Made by a program: the position numbers and the translations under genes. 64,000 nucleotides of DNA from contig CP075493.1 of NCBI GenBank assembly GCA_021613535.1, positions 5,332,001 to 5,396,000 of the forward strand, written 5' to 3'. The stretch is from Adineta vaga. Its lineage: Eukaryota; Animalia; Rotifera. Below, one piece after another: positions 14,801 to 29,508 of the stretch. The notes below the pieces were generated by a model. The model saw only the letters and a program-made list of their open reading frames with translations. It was not told the origin of the DNA and searched no databases. Positions within the stretch are counted from its first letter, which is position 1; every line of letters starts with the position of its first letter.

Positions 14801-17800
14801 GCGTGATAATGAACCGTCATTGATACGTCTTATACGCATAATGTGCGTGACTTGGATATCAACAAAAGATCTCCTATATCATTGTCTTTTGATCAATGTC
14901 TAGTTTTTGCAGCTATTGGAACGACGATGCCAATTAAACGGACGTCGTTCGACTTCCTTCCGTTACCGCCGGTCGGAAGGTGAATGAAAGTGAACGCGAA
15001 CGATAGTTCAAGTTGGTAAGAGAAGAGAAGAGAAGGATACTTCAACTGATTCTCAAGTAGCAATTTTGTTGTGTTGCTGTCCAACTCTTGACTTACGTGC
15101 TCTAAGAGCTACAACGCGAGAGAGAGAAAGAGAGAGAGAGAGACAGACAGAATGAAAAAAGATATCATCATTCTCAGGGATCAATTTTCCATCGTTCACG
15201 TCACTCAAGTATTACTACTGATGTTGTGATTCAAGAAATCGGATCGTCGATACAATGAAATAAAATAGACATTTATTTGTCACAACGCGTTCGACATCTC
15301 TCTGCGAGTCATTAGTTTTGTCAAAATAGAAAACTTAATTAGAAGATTGAATTGTTCGTGCTCATGAATAGATACTTTTTTACATTCCCTATAGAATACC
15401 GATCATCATCACCATCATCATCATCTAGAAGAGAAAGTGAGTGAGTTGCGTGACCGAGCATCTCTCTAGTGGTTGTGCTTGGGTGACAAACAAGTACAAT
15501 GATGCTGTCAATGTATTTTCTATGCGCGTGATTTGATTCGATTGGGGAGTATGTGTGCGTGTCAATCGAGACAAACTGTCATCATCATCATCATTGACAA
15601 CAACATTATTGGAGCGACAGACAGACAGACAGGCAGACAAACTGATATAGACTTGAAAATGAAATTTTGGTGCGGTACCTGTTTGTTTTCGTTTGAAAGA
15701 CGAGACAAGTCTCCACTTTTCTTTCTTGTTTTCACATACATACTTACTTCTTCTCTCTCAGGCTGACCGGCAAGATTTAGATCAATATTTATTTATCATC
15801 TTTTCTAATCCTTAATGCTATATATGTCACGCGCTCAAGGCAAGTGAAGGTCGTCCACTTAACACATCTCAACTCATTATAGGCTTAGCAAAAATAAAGA
15901 AAGAGGATTGTACAACATCACTGATCGATCACTAACACATATGTCTATGTACATAGAGAGCTCTTATTTACGATCAATTAGATCTTATAAAACATTCCTT
16001 AAATAATCATCAGTGAACAAAACGGAAACACTTAAAATGCACTAGATGATTATCCATCAAAGATAATATACCGCTATTGAAAGAGAAAAATCATCATGAT
16101 TTCGAATAATACTATGAAATCGAAGAGCATTCATGTTTTTTTTTTCAATTTCTATTCAAATGAGAAAGATGAAAGAAAACAACATGATGAATATTTGCCG
16201 ATATTCTCTATAACACTTAGGTGAGATTAACTTTACAGGATCGGTATAGACAACGCTTTCAAAGTATATTTTTGATTGTATTTAATAATCAATATTGAAT
16301 AAATTATATTTTTTTGCGAATTTTCATGAAGAAAAAACTGCACGATGATATAATTTTCGCTTTATACAATGCTTCTAAAAACATTTGAATTTCATCAAAT
16401 AATGTATCAATATTTACATAGGTGATAACCGAACAAATATCAAATTACATATGAGTAATTAATCGATTAACAAATTCGTTTTTCCTTTTTCGTATGATTG
16501 CTGATGTGTCAAATTTCATGGTTAATCTGACTGTTTAAATTTTGATATGTATTATGACAAGTTTGTTTTTGACTTTCGATTTTTATATTGTGATTACTGC
16601 CATCTGTCGATACAATTCTCAGTAGACAGAATCTGACCTCTAGCGTCGATTAAAGATGATCCTTAATGTTAATTTTAACTTTCATGAAAAAAATTTTCTT
16701 TCTTTTTGACAATAATACGTCAAGATTATGTGTAAAATTCTTTTCCAGAAAAGAAATATTTAACACATCGAAGTGTACTATCTTAGGGTGTCAATATTAA
16801 CACTTGTTACAAAATACACATAGAACATTGAAATCTATCTTACCTGATCAATGATTGTTGCCAATGTTGAGTAAACACACACACTGAAATTTACTTGTGT
16901 TTATCCAATTAACGTTCAGTAACATTCGATATTGAGATAATATGCAGATTCGTAACTTGAAATGCTGTTGCTTTTTGATATAATACTAACCAAACCATTC
17001 TTCATATTCTCGGCATTCTTTGAATTGTGTATGTGTATTTATATAGTGTGTATGCACGAATGGTAGTGCTTGTCGACAACACTATTCATTCAATTCATCT
17101 CTTCACATTGCCATACACAATTCATTCAATTCAATTCATCAATACTTGTAGTAGTAACAGCAGTTTCTTTTTTTTCTCAATGCTTTCAAAGCACCCACAC
17201 ACACACAAAAACGACACAAAAGCCGCTTAGATACGGTTGATTGAAATGGCAGTTGCCCTGTCTTTTTCTCTCGTTTTTCTTTTTTATTTCTCGCTCCCTC
17301 TCTCTCTCTCTTCGTTTTTGACCCACATCAGTTGTCTTTATGTGTCGTCGTTGTTGAGTATAAAGGATACTCTTCACTTCTCCTCCTGTGCGTCCCTTTT
17401 GTTCGTAGGTCCTCTCCTTTTGAAATCAACACAACAATAACACATCTATATATTCATGAGGCAGTCAAGCAGGCGAATGAATGAATGAATGAATGAATGA
17501 ATAAAAAAAATGAATGAATAAATGAATAAAAGAAAGAATGAAGGAAGGAAGGCTGCCCTACAGCTATTCAAAATAGTATTGAAAAATGAATAAAGAAATC
17601 TTTCTTCTTTGGTGTATGTCTACCTGATCTAGCGGATTGACAAAGCATATACATATACATAAATCTATTCTGATGGTAAGATGATTGTTCGCTTTTGTTC
17701 TATATTTATGTATGCTTCAACCCCATGAATGGAAACGAACGAAGAATAGGAAAGAATAACATTAAAAAAATGCTGGAGTAATTCTAGCTTTATAGTTGGT

Positions 17801-19159
17801 AATAGGTAACAAGTTGAGGTACTCTTCCCTTTTTTCGCCTCCTAGATGTTGTTAATTGACTATAATCCGTTTTGATCAACTGTATAATTCAATTAAGTTT
17901 TTATACCGAATGATACATCCTGTCATTGTATGGAAACTTTTTCAGGTGAGAAATAATACGGATAGAAATTCATTGAAGAAGAAAATAAGAGAAGAATAAG
18001 AAAACTGAACTAATTCAACTATAGTTCCACGCATAAGATTTGATTCAGTCGAATGTTAGATATTTGATAAACAGTCATCCTTTGTATAGATAGTCTCTAT
18101 GATTTATTTCAGCAACATCGAAAATTTGCAAGAATTCTATCTTTTTTTTTTATTTCTCTACAAAATTTTTAATAAAAATTCCGTAGAAAAACATCCTATT
18201 CAATAGAAATTGATAATTGAAAGTATTAGAAAATATTTGAAAGATGCCAGTTCATACGATAGATAATTCTCTATTCTTGTGTATGAGCAACAAGAAATTT
18301 CGCTTTGTGTGCAAATAAATAATTGTATAATTATTCAACTATTTTTCTGATAGGATTTTCATGAACATCGAACTTGTATGTTTTTATCCGACATGATATT
18401 TTTGTAATACAGAGTAAATAATCGAATTTTCTCTCTTTCCTTTTTGAGTGATACTTAGAATAGCTTAAAACTTCACTGTAGAACAATCGAATCTTTTCTC
18501 GATGAAGCTATGCCTAGAAATGTTGTTTTCTTTCGAAAGCAGATTGATCGATAGAAGGTTATTTCATATACGATAGTAGATTTTCATAGAAAGATAAGAT
18601 GTGAATAAGAGATTACAAAAACAAAAAACATTGCTTATCGAATTTCTCGATGAAATAACTCTTTTCAAGCCTCGCTAACAGTTGATATAGAAGCCAATTT
18701 CGAATATTCCAAGAAAAAAAATAAGATGTACGTCATATCATATCATTATAATCGTTTCAAAAGAAGTATCATTATAGGTTCTTAAAAAGTAATCATTACG
18801 AGAAAGTATATAGTATCTTTGACATCCAGTAGTATTTCCTATTCTTATTCATTATTCACCAATCGGAACTCTCCGTAAATACAAAACGAGTTTTAAAAAT
18901 AGAAGATTACCTGACATGAAAACTCGCTAATGACATTTTGTATAGGAAGACAGAAAAAGAAAACTTTTGTGCAGAAAAGGTTCAAATGAAAATTCTTTTA
19001 TTATATATAGGAAAATGAAATGCATCAGATCAATGATCGTTTAATTGCATAAGTTCATGCGTGTTAATCATCAAAATATATCACAAAGCAAAAAAGACAA
19101 AAAAGAATCTGTCGGAAGATGAAAAACGCAATGTAAAAGAAAAATTTCTATTAGAACGA

Positions 19160-20621
19160 TTATACATCAATTTGCAAATAATTTCTTGGTATACGTCCAC
19201 GTTGTTTTGTTGCTGGTTTTTCTACTGTAATCCATTCGGAATCGTCACCATCAGAAATAATACTGACTATCTGAAAATAATCACAATGAAAATGAGTTTT
19301 TTTCTTCAAATCATCAATGAATCTTTTTTACTTCTTTAGCTAGAACACTGAGTTCATTAGATTCGGATGCATCGTAATCAAATCTGACAGTTGCAGTGCG
19401 CAACCGAGGTGATGATGATGTTGAAACATTTGATACTGGTCTCGACAAACTAAAAACGACCAGTCATTTGATAAGAGAAGTTTTTCTTTAATGGAATTTT
19501 TTCTTACCCTAATTTTTTATGTAATTCTTCAAGAATTTGTAAAGATTTTCGATGATATTGTACTTCACATTCAATTAAATCATAAAGACAACTCAAATGA
19601 TGATTCTAATAGATGAGTAGAAAGAAAATTCTTTTTTGATCAAATAAAATGATCAAAAATATACTTGAGAATTTTGTAAACCACCAAGCATTAAATGAGT
19701 TATATGATATTGACGGTCAAATTCGGCTTGTGCATTACGAACTTCAACATCCGAACTCTACAAATGTCATTAAAATCTGTCGATATTTTTCATGAAGGAT
19801 CCGATATATTTCACTTACATCCGCCATTGTTGCAGATGTATTATTAAGCATTTTATTCTTCTTTTGTTTTGATCTTACAGCATCGAGATCGAGACGTTTC
19901 ATTTCTAATGTTCGACGTTCTTTCTAAAACAATTTATCATTCATTTCGAACATATTCAATCATCTGACAAACGGATGAAATCTTACTGTTATTGATTTCA
20001 TTTCACCTTCAAGATAACTTCGTAAAGGTTGCATAAAACCCATAGCAGCAGATTGAATGAAATCTTTATAAGCAAGACCAAGTTTTTGATGTGTTTGACC
20101 ACATTTAATTAATGTTGAACCTTAATTTCAAAACAAAAAAAAATGATAGATATAAGAATTAATTGAATTCAACTGTTTAACCATATTGTGTTGAAGAACC
20201 AAAATCATTTCCTGCATCATTCATGCATTGTCCTAATTGTTCAATGATATTTGCTTTATTAGTTGTTTTTTGATCAAGTTTTGTCAATATAAAATCTTCT
20301 AAACGTTCATCTAAAGAGACAAAAAACAAACATATCTGATCTGTAAATTATGAATGTATTCTTCTCTAACTTACTGGGATTTGGTTGTAGAACAGTTTCT
20401 ACATGAGATATCAATCTTTCTGTCCATGCTTTCGATCGATCAGCTCCTACTAATAAGTGTTCAAAATTTTCATCATATTCCGTTCGATCAGTTGCTTGAC
20501 CAAGTTTTTCTTCAGTAAACTAAAGAATATTGATTGAATTAATTGCTTTGTTTATCACATAGTTAACTACCTGTTTTGCACGGGAAAATAAAGTACCGGC
20601 TGCTTTTAAATTAAAATTCAT
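19160..20621 (-). CDS. SH3GLB1: Endophilin B (N-BAR + SH3), multi-exon, missed by the ORF track
   Basis: Spliced by hand: MNFNLKAAGTLFSRAKQFTEEKLGQATDRTEYD...VETVLQPNP, RLDLDAVR, then SH3 ATVRFDYDASESNELSV...DSEWITVEK...RGRIPRNYLQIDV*. Confidence 0.9.
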
Positions 20622-22183
20622 TTTCTATTTTCAAGAGAAGAAAAAGAAAAAAGACATAAGTGTTTATATCGTTGGAAGACTCGGCAAGTGAACGTAATGA
20701 AAAAAAGTCATTTGAGTTTGTTGTTACACGAGAAAGAAAAGGAGAGAAAGCCAAAATATATAGGAAAAAATGAGAAGAAAACAAGAAGAAAAATGTCAGT
20801 GTTCAAATACGACGGAACGAAGAAAAACTAATACGGCAATAGTAACTCGATCATTGTGCCTTATTCTTCTAAGACCGAGAGCAAAATGCATTGGACTGCA
20901 AAGATAAGAAGAGCGAAAAAGAAGAAAAAACAAGAAAGAGTGATGAGGGATTTGATTTTGCTTTGCGTTCTATCAGACTCCTAGTTCCTTTTTCTTTCCG
21001 TCATCTATTTTTTTTCCTTTTCTCACGCACATTACTATTAAAAAACCACTTCATTTTCTATATTTGATCTCGATACGGTCTGAACGATTATCTCGAGCAG
21101 TGAACGATTCTAATAGGAAGAAAAGAATATATCCGAGTTGTCAAATACTTTTCCTAGGAACAATGTCAACGAGCAGAGAACAGGAAAAATATTAATTAAC
21201 ATAACGGAAATCAATTGATAGAATGATACATGAGCATCTTAACAAATATTGTCGAATAATAATGAAGTTTCTAGTAATTTCATACAAAAAATTTACATGA
21301 CGAAAACTAACTCAAAATCGAGTTCTTTTAGTGCTATTTATGTATATTAAATGAATAAGAACATGAGAGAGAGAGAGAGAGCTTTGATTGCCTTTTAGGT
21401 ATAATGCTTACGGCTATTAAAAGTATGAAATAATATATATTCAAGACCTAGTAGTGTTATAATTAAAGAGAAAATTTTAATTTTGTTTATCAGTTGATCC
21501 AATTAGACGAGGAAATCTAGTTATGATGTTGTTTATTTACAACATACATTCTAAAGAAAATAACCTGAATGAAATCTAATTAAGATGAGAATTCATGACT
21601 AGTCCTCAGTAACATCGTATATTCATCTTTGTTACTGACAGATATATTTTCTTATTATACTCTGAATAAAATCGTGAAGATCATGAAAATGTCATAAATA
21701 ATCAATAGAAAATGTTAATATAAATTAAATCTATTTCTACTTATTATAACTGAGTCTTTCACGTACATTCATTCGATTTAATAATCACTGTAATAAACAA
21801 TATTTTGACTAGCAATTTAATCTTCCATACAAACAATTCATCAACATAAGACAACATCATAATTGTTAGCATAATAACCTTCAACATTCTCATAATTATA
21901 GATTTATACAGCCAAAGATCTCATTAAACATTCCTATATTTTCGATGAATAATAATTATCTCAAAATAACTTCAGTACTTTTCATGAGCATCTACATACA
22001 TAATATTTCTTGATTTAAGAAAGAATTTTTATTTGTCGTACAATTCAAAGTTATTGAATATTCTTTAATAAAATCTTATTATTAAAATTCACGTAATAAA
22101 ATGAAATCTCATGCTAATATGTATATATGTATATATATCGAGAAAAAACAAACAAATGAAACACAACAAGAGAAAATTACAGA

Positions 22184-23898
22184 TTAAACAATCAAACGTC
22201 TTCCTTGTTCCATTCCAAGTTTGGAATTGATCTCTTCGGCATCAATCGCTATATGATTATAATTATTATCATTTAATGTTGTATTATTTTCATTATTTAT
22301 TGATATTGTCTTTGGCTGATTAACAACAGGATTTAATGAATAAATATAAACAGCAAACGAAACAATAAATATCGCTAAAAATGTATAAATACTAACAGGT
22401 ATTGAAAATAATATCCAAGCAAGTATACTTGTAAATAATAATTCTAAGGCACTCGCAAATGTTTTTAATATTGATGTCATCGATTTTAAAAACAACGAAG
22501 TAACAATGCCAACTGCTGCATTATTCAATATAATCAAGAAAATTAAATTCTCTTTTCCTGATGTTATTAATTTTAATGTACCGGCAATTTTATCAATAGC
22601 TGAGAGATTAGGTTGTTGATAATCAAAATAGATTAATAAAATCAGATTACAAAGAATAGAATCAAAATACATGAAAGCATTTTGTAACATAACATCAACT
22701 TGAGTTGTTCGATCACTTTTTAATAAATATTCATTATAAACACCAGCAAAACATGAACAAAAGACTTGAACAAGAATCCATATAAGATGAATATTGACTA
22801 GAGAAGATGGTTTCGATTGTAATTCAATGTCCGAATGAGACAATGTAGAATTTTTAGAGGAGACTTTATTTAATGATGAAGAATTTGAATGTTCGAATTG
22901 TTTTATAATACAACCTGATGTAAGCATTAGTAAAGATATCCATTGTAAACGTGTTAAACGTTTATTAAATAGGAACTAAATTACAAGAAAATAAACTATG
23001 ATAATAAATTCAATACAATCATTATTTTACTTGAAAGATGATACCAGTAATAACAACACGAAATTGAAGAAGTAAAAAATATGTTGTAGGATCATAAGAT
23101 GATAAATTAATAAATGCTAAATTGTTATATAAACAATATAATGCTGATGGAATAAAATAAAGAAGTAATACTAAATAAAGAAATGAGAGAAAAAGTTTGA
23201 TTTAGAAACGAAAATCTTCGAATTTCAATGTTAATTCTATAGTTAGCAGCAAATGATTTGAATTACAGAAAATTTCGACAGAAAACAAATGCTGAATTCT
23301 TATCTAACTATCTTTGTTACTATTAAACATAATGTTGTATTATATCCTTTTACCGGCGGTTAATTTTCTGTAGATATTCATGCGCTACCTACATTTTCGT
23401 TGTTTTCTGTTATAATAACCAAAAAAACGTTTCTATACATACTTTCATAGTAGTTCGTTTCGATTTCTATTTACTGATCATAAAAAAATCTTACTTTAAT
23501 TCTAAATTTACCTGTTTGATTATCAGTAATATCTCTTCGCATCTGAGTTAATGAGTGACTAAAGAACAACAACGAAGATAAATATCGTCGATTTCAAGGT
23601 AAAACTAAATACTTACGTTTGTCGATAAATAGTTAAAGCACTAATGAGTTTAACGAATTCGGTGAGTAGAACAACAACGATTGTATTATAATTATATGAG
23701 TGTGATGCTGTTTTTGAACCAGTAACTAGCAAACCTATTGAGATTGAATGTTTGAAAACTTGATGTCATTTTATTCGAAGATTCATGTAACTAACCTTGA
23801 TTTATAAATAGACCCATATATGAGATGAAAATAATAAAACTCCATCGAGTTGGAAAGAGATCTTTCAAATTAATTTGACGACGTAGAGAAGTGAACAT
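22184..23898 (-). CDS. SLC35A-family nucleotide-sugar transporter, senju-like (UDP-galactose transporter)
   Basis: Exons give LFPTRWSFIIFISYMGLFINQG, YNTIVVVLLTEFVKL, PSALYCLYNNLAFINLSSYDPTTYFLLLQFRVVITG, SCFAGVYNEYLLK and SILKTFASALE. Confidence 0.88.
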
Positions 23899-24655
23899 AG
23901 AGATAATCTGATTGATTTTTCTTAATCTGGAATAAAAAAAATAGACAATTGATAAGAAATTTTTTTAGATCAATGAATTAAATCAGATATAATCTGTTAT
24001 TCTCAAGAAGAAATATTAACATTGAATTATAATAAGCAAAAAAACATAATAAATCGTTCCTTTTCCTGTTGTTGTTAGTTTAGTCATCGAGCGATTGGAA
24101 ATAGTTGATTGATAAAAAGAAAAAGTAACATGTGAAGGTGAGAATATATTTTAAGACGAATAGTTATTTCGAGTAGTTGTCGCCAATGGTAATGAAAGTA
24201 AATCTAAATGGAAGAAAGATATAAATGATTTAATCGAAACGTAACAGATGATTACATCTTGAAAATTTTATAGAAAAATACAGTCCATGAAAAAGAACGA
24301 TGACAAATAATTTTTTTTCTTCTCTCAAGAAACATAATATTTGACTTCCTTGAAAACAAAATATTGGAGTGTATACTTTTCATGTTAAGACAGGTATTTT
24401 TTTCGAAAAAAGAAATTGTTGGGTGTGGGTGAAAGTATATTGACTTCAACCACATCCTGAAGATATTTATGCTATAAGAATTAAGTTCTCTGTGAAAATC
24501 AACTTGACTGGATGCATTCTCAATTTCGATTTTTATTCATTCATTTTTCATGAATAACAGTGCTATTTTTTAATGGAAATGTACTTTATTGAAATAGTTA
24601 TATTGATTTTTCAGGGTCAAATTATGCAGCTGTATTTAATGGATTCTTTATTATT

Positions 24656-26851
24656 CTAACAATATTCGAGCACACCCTATAGATCTAATATTTTCATGTA
24701 AATTCGCTGTGTGTTACAGAAATTATATATTTATGAGGTAACATATGGTTCTAATGTTCGTGTTTTTCAGGTCGAATAGGTCTCAGAGGCAATTTTATAG
24801 GAATATCGAATTAAAGAAACAAAATGAACCTGCTGCTTCATCAACTTCTTGTTTCACTAAATTGAATTCTTCTTGTTCTTTATTGATTTCTTCTTGTTGT
24901 TCAAATTGAATATCATTTAAATCCTCAAGTATTTGTGCACAATTTGTTGACACTTGTTCGATTTGTTCTTCTTCATCGGTTGTTAATAGAAGTTCATCTT
25001 TCTTTGAATCGTCTGGTAAAATTGGTAATGATTCATTTGGAATGTTCTCTTGAATATTCTTCACTTGTGAATTGATAATTTCAGGTTGTAATATTGCTGT
25101 TTCAACATCAGGTAGAAGAACTTTTTCACCTTTCTAAACTGTATTAATATGCATAAATGATAGAAAATTTAAATTTAAAATCAAATTTACCTGAAAAAAC
25201 TCGATATATGCATCATGAGTGCGTAAATATAAATGTTGTAAAACATAATTCAGAAAATTTTTCGTAGCGATACGTCGTTCTTCAACAACAACAGGATCAT
25301 AACGTTCTAAAAATCGTTCTTTGCCAGGAAAATCAGGAAATTTACCGGGACGATATACAGCTTGATGATAACGGTGAAGAGTTTCGTATAGTTTTCGAAT
25401 ATCTGAATATCGCTTCCAATATACAAGCTACAGAAACAAACAAATATTTGGGATAGTTTGTAACGTCTTAAAATGTAGCTACCGTGAGCAGTTTTCGTAC
25501 GATCATTTACAGTTATATTTTTAGTTCGATTAAACGTTTTTCGACATGAAAACACAGAGAAAGAGCAAAGATATACAAATATTCAAGAATTTTTAGATTG
25601 TGGTGAGTATCGCCTTCTGGTCAAATACCATGAATAGTCTCAGATTCTGTAAACATAGTTAAAATGTAATGTAAAATATTCTCAAATAGTCGCCGATTTT
25701 ACCAAAAATCTTCTGCAAAGTAAAAACAGAACATAGAAATAGAATTTCTAACTTTTTTTCGAATCGCCATCGAATCATGTAGATTTAGATCTATCAAAAT
25801 ACATAGATGAAACTATAGGAATAGAGAAAATATATGGTACTATAAAACGGAATTGTCAACGAATTAAATTTCGATGATAAATAATGAAAATGTATATCAT
25901 ATGAAATATTTTGGATGAAAACATCAACCAGTATATTAAAATAACAAAACTTACGCCATGTGTTTCTTTTGACTGTGATAACAAGAACTATGAAATTAAA
26001 TGGGTCAACTCAAGAAACGAAGGTTTATACCACAGAAAAACACATAGACTAGTTTTGCTTCTCGTTCGCATCCGAATAAAAGCAAACGACAACTGAAGAA
26101 AGTGTCTGACGTCAAATAAATCGAATAAAATAGTTTCACTTGATAACATCAGAGAAAAACTGGGAAGAGTCGCTGAAAGAATGCATGATAAATTTAATAA
26201 GTTATTTATCACGTTTGTGTAGAAGGAAAAAACTTTACTTCTACACTTCAACACACACACACACACATTTTCGTTTAAGAAAACTATTACAAAATGAAAA
26301 GATTTACAACTATGGTCAATCATATTCTCGATGAAAACTATGATCTAAAGGTAAATAAACTCATTCTAAACCAAAGCTAGTTGTGTTGATCATATGGAAT
26401 ATTTCTTCTCTACGAACGTGACAAATTGACTTATTCAAAGAAAATCTAGTTCGCATCCCAAAACAATTACAGATAAACCGATATGAACACCCACACCCTG
26501 AAGATTTGATCAATTCTGTCAATCGTTTCGTATTACTTTATGAGTTCTATAAGTAAATGAACCTACTTTTGAAATTATCGAGTATGATTAATTTATTAAA
26601 AGAATAGCGTACGGTAATAATCGATTTCATCGATGCAGAAAATCGTTTAACTTTCCGAGAGAATATCGAAACTCGATTAATATCTTTGATTTCCATCAAA
26701 ATTTAAATTGTACATACCTGATAACTATTTTCTGTTAATTCTTTTGGTGTGATTTGCAAGACGATTTTGTAATTTACATAGCTGTACGACGAACGTACTG
26801 CTTCAGGTACATCAAATGAACATAATTCATCGTCCTTGGTTATCGATGCCA
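24656..26851 (-). CDS. PX-domain protein (SNX15/RPS6KC1-type PX) with a short acidic tail
   Basis: Exons 26851-26718, ~25427-25191 (VYWKRYSDIRKLYETLHRYH...FPDFP...VVEERRIA...FL) and 25134 to ~24830. The final exon and stop are uncertain. Confidence 0.75.
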
Positions 26852-27135
26852 TTAGTTTTTAGTCTGCAATAAAAAAAAGGGCGGTCATATACATATCGCG
26901 TGGCGGGTAAAGAAGTTGATAGATAAGCAACGAATTAACTTGATCTCTCATTGGCTATATCATTTCACCAATGAAAATGGACACATGTACCACTTTGATA
27001 TTTATTTTAAACATTAATTTAAAATGGATCTTGTTTTATTTTTAGAAATATTGATGATTTATCGAAATATTGATAATTCTATTGAATTTTTGATCTAAAA
27101 TATAGCATTGACATTAGCGATCTTGTTCATCAGAT
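26852..27135. promoter_or_regulatory. Putative bidirectional promoter between the PX gene and COQ9
   Basis: Divergent starts are ~285 bp apart, with GC-box-like gggcgg (~26879) and ggcggg (~26902) in AT-rich DNA. Confidence 0.45.
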
Positions 27136-29187
27136 ATGCGTACATATATATTGTTCGCCATCCACACAATCATGCATTCAAATAATAAATTCACTCAATG
27201 TTACGTTTAATATACATTTGCTGTTTGTATTTTAATTTTTATAAAAACGAAACTAAATTTTTAATCAATTGTTTTTTCTTTATTCGTTCTTTAGCTGGAA
27301 CATCATCATTGAATCGAGCTGTTGATATATGTCAACAAACGATATCTACAAAAATCAAGGATTCAACAATAAGACGATGTCTATCAAATAGTTCTCATAG
27401 TCATGGAAATGATCTTGGTATTGATACAAAAGTTAATAAACCTTCAACAGCGAAAACAGATACACACGTATCCAATGACCTCAAAGATGGCCAACGAATT
27501 GTAAATGTTGATGCAACACAAACAAGTACTGCAACATTAACTGGTAGTGGAAAAGTTTGGTATGTTGAAATCATATTTGAATATTTCAGTTTAGAATAGA
27601 CTGCATATGTTAAGGTCTGTTCATTCTGCTTCATTGGGTGCTTCAAAAACGACATTCGTTTCAACATTACATGGAAATGGTCAAAATGCACACGAAACAA
27701 CCGTTCATACCTTCCAAGGTGAATTGAACTTTGCAGATCCATTTCTAACACATACATTACAACCTGAAATAACATCAGCACGATTAGCTGAAGCAGAAGC
27801 TGCTTCAGCTTTCGAAACATTTGCACCAGATACACCATTGGTGACATCGACAGCACATGATACGGTATTTGCACCGAAAATCTCTTCAACAGATCTTTAT
27901 TCAACAGCTTTATCACCAACAGGACAATTTGAGAATGCTACAGCACCGTCAAGTACAGATCCAACGAAATATGAAACATCAATGAAATCTGAAATTTTCG
28001 GAGGACAAGATACATTAGCAGCATCGAAAAAACATCCACAAAATAGTCCATATGCGACGAAAAAAACTGATGAAATGACGTAAATAAGATCATCTTTGTT
28101 TGTAAATATAAAATACAATATGATGATTATTGTAGTGGTGTTCAAGAGATTCCTATTCAACGTGAAAGTGATATACGTGATGAAATATTACGTGAATCAC
28201 TTAAATATGTTAATGAACAAGGTTGGACAATGGATGCAATTCGAGCTGGTTTGTTTATCATATGATTTTTATCATTATATTTATAGTTAATATTCTGAGA
28301 AATATAGGTGTTCGTGCAAGTAATCAACCAACAACAGTTGAAGGATTATTTAGTAATGGTTACGATCTAGTGGAATATTTTATGCGAGATGCCAATTTGA
28401 AAATGTCAGCTTATATGAATGAAAAAGCTAAGAGGTAATATAACGAAAAAGAGAGATTATTTAAAAATGAATTTTGTTTCCATAGTGGAGAAAAACAAGG
28501 AAGTCATCTATTGGTTGATGGTTTGAAATATCGACTTCGTCTTGTGATACCTTACGCGGCCACATGGGATCAGGTATGAAATAGTCACTGATACTATTGT
28601 GTTTGAGACATTATAAAGACTTCAAAATCTCGTTTCGATCAAAATATTGAAACTTTAACATTTCCAATGACATATTTCTAGGCATTGGCACAAGGTGCAT
28701 TACCTCAGAATGCGATGCGTGGTTGGAAAAATCTTTTAGATTTATCAAGTGATGCTTGGCATGGTATTGGCGATACATCAACTGATGTAAATAAAACTAT
28801 TTTTCTCCATTGAAATGATCTTTTTTGTCTGATTAATTTAGATTAATTGGTATTCGAAACGACTTCTATTAGCAGCTGTCTATAAAAGTGCTGAAATTTA
28901 TATGATCCAAGATCAATCTCCAGATAAAATCGATACAATGAAATTCTTAGAACGACGCTTGAATGATTTTCAAACAATGAGTTCAGTTCGAAACTCAGTA
29001 AGACAATGCATTTGTTTTTTAATTTTCTTTATTCAATTGAATTTCGTTACAGGTATCAAAATCTCTATCAGATGTTGCTCAAATAAGCAGTGGACTTTTT
29101 TCAGTGGTATGTCAATACATAGCTTATTCTAGTTGTTCTCTATGTATGATTATTTTTTAGATTCGAAATTTAACTTCTCGTCGTTAA
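27136..29187 (+). CDS. COQ9: Ubiquinone biosynthesis lipid-binding protein COQ9 with a long S/T-rich N-terminal region
   Basis: Spliced: ILRESLKYVNEQGWTMDAIRAG, DLVEYFM, LKYRLRLVIPY...W, DAWHGIGDTSTDINWYSKRLLLAAVYKSAEIYMIQDQSPD...FLERRLND. Start exon uncertain. Confidence 0.88.
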
Positions 29188-29508
29188 AAGCGGTGAAACC
29201 TCGTCTTTTTTTGTACATTTTCTAATTCAGCAAAATATCTAATCACCTTTTCTGTAGTACATCGTATACAAGAATAATATTATTATTATTTTTTTATATC
29301 AAAAATTGAGCTATTGTCTAGTTTCTATCGAAGATATTCTCATCGATCCTTTGAAAACTTTATTGCTATCTAAATATCGTTATAAATCATGTGAAGCATT
29401 GAGAAAATAACCATGCAAACAGATAAAGAATAACACATATATGTCTTTGATTTGCTCATAAATTAAAAAAGAAAAACAATAAAATATTTAAAAAAAAAGA
29501 AATACGAT

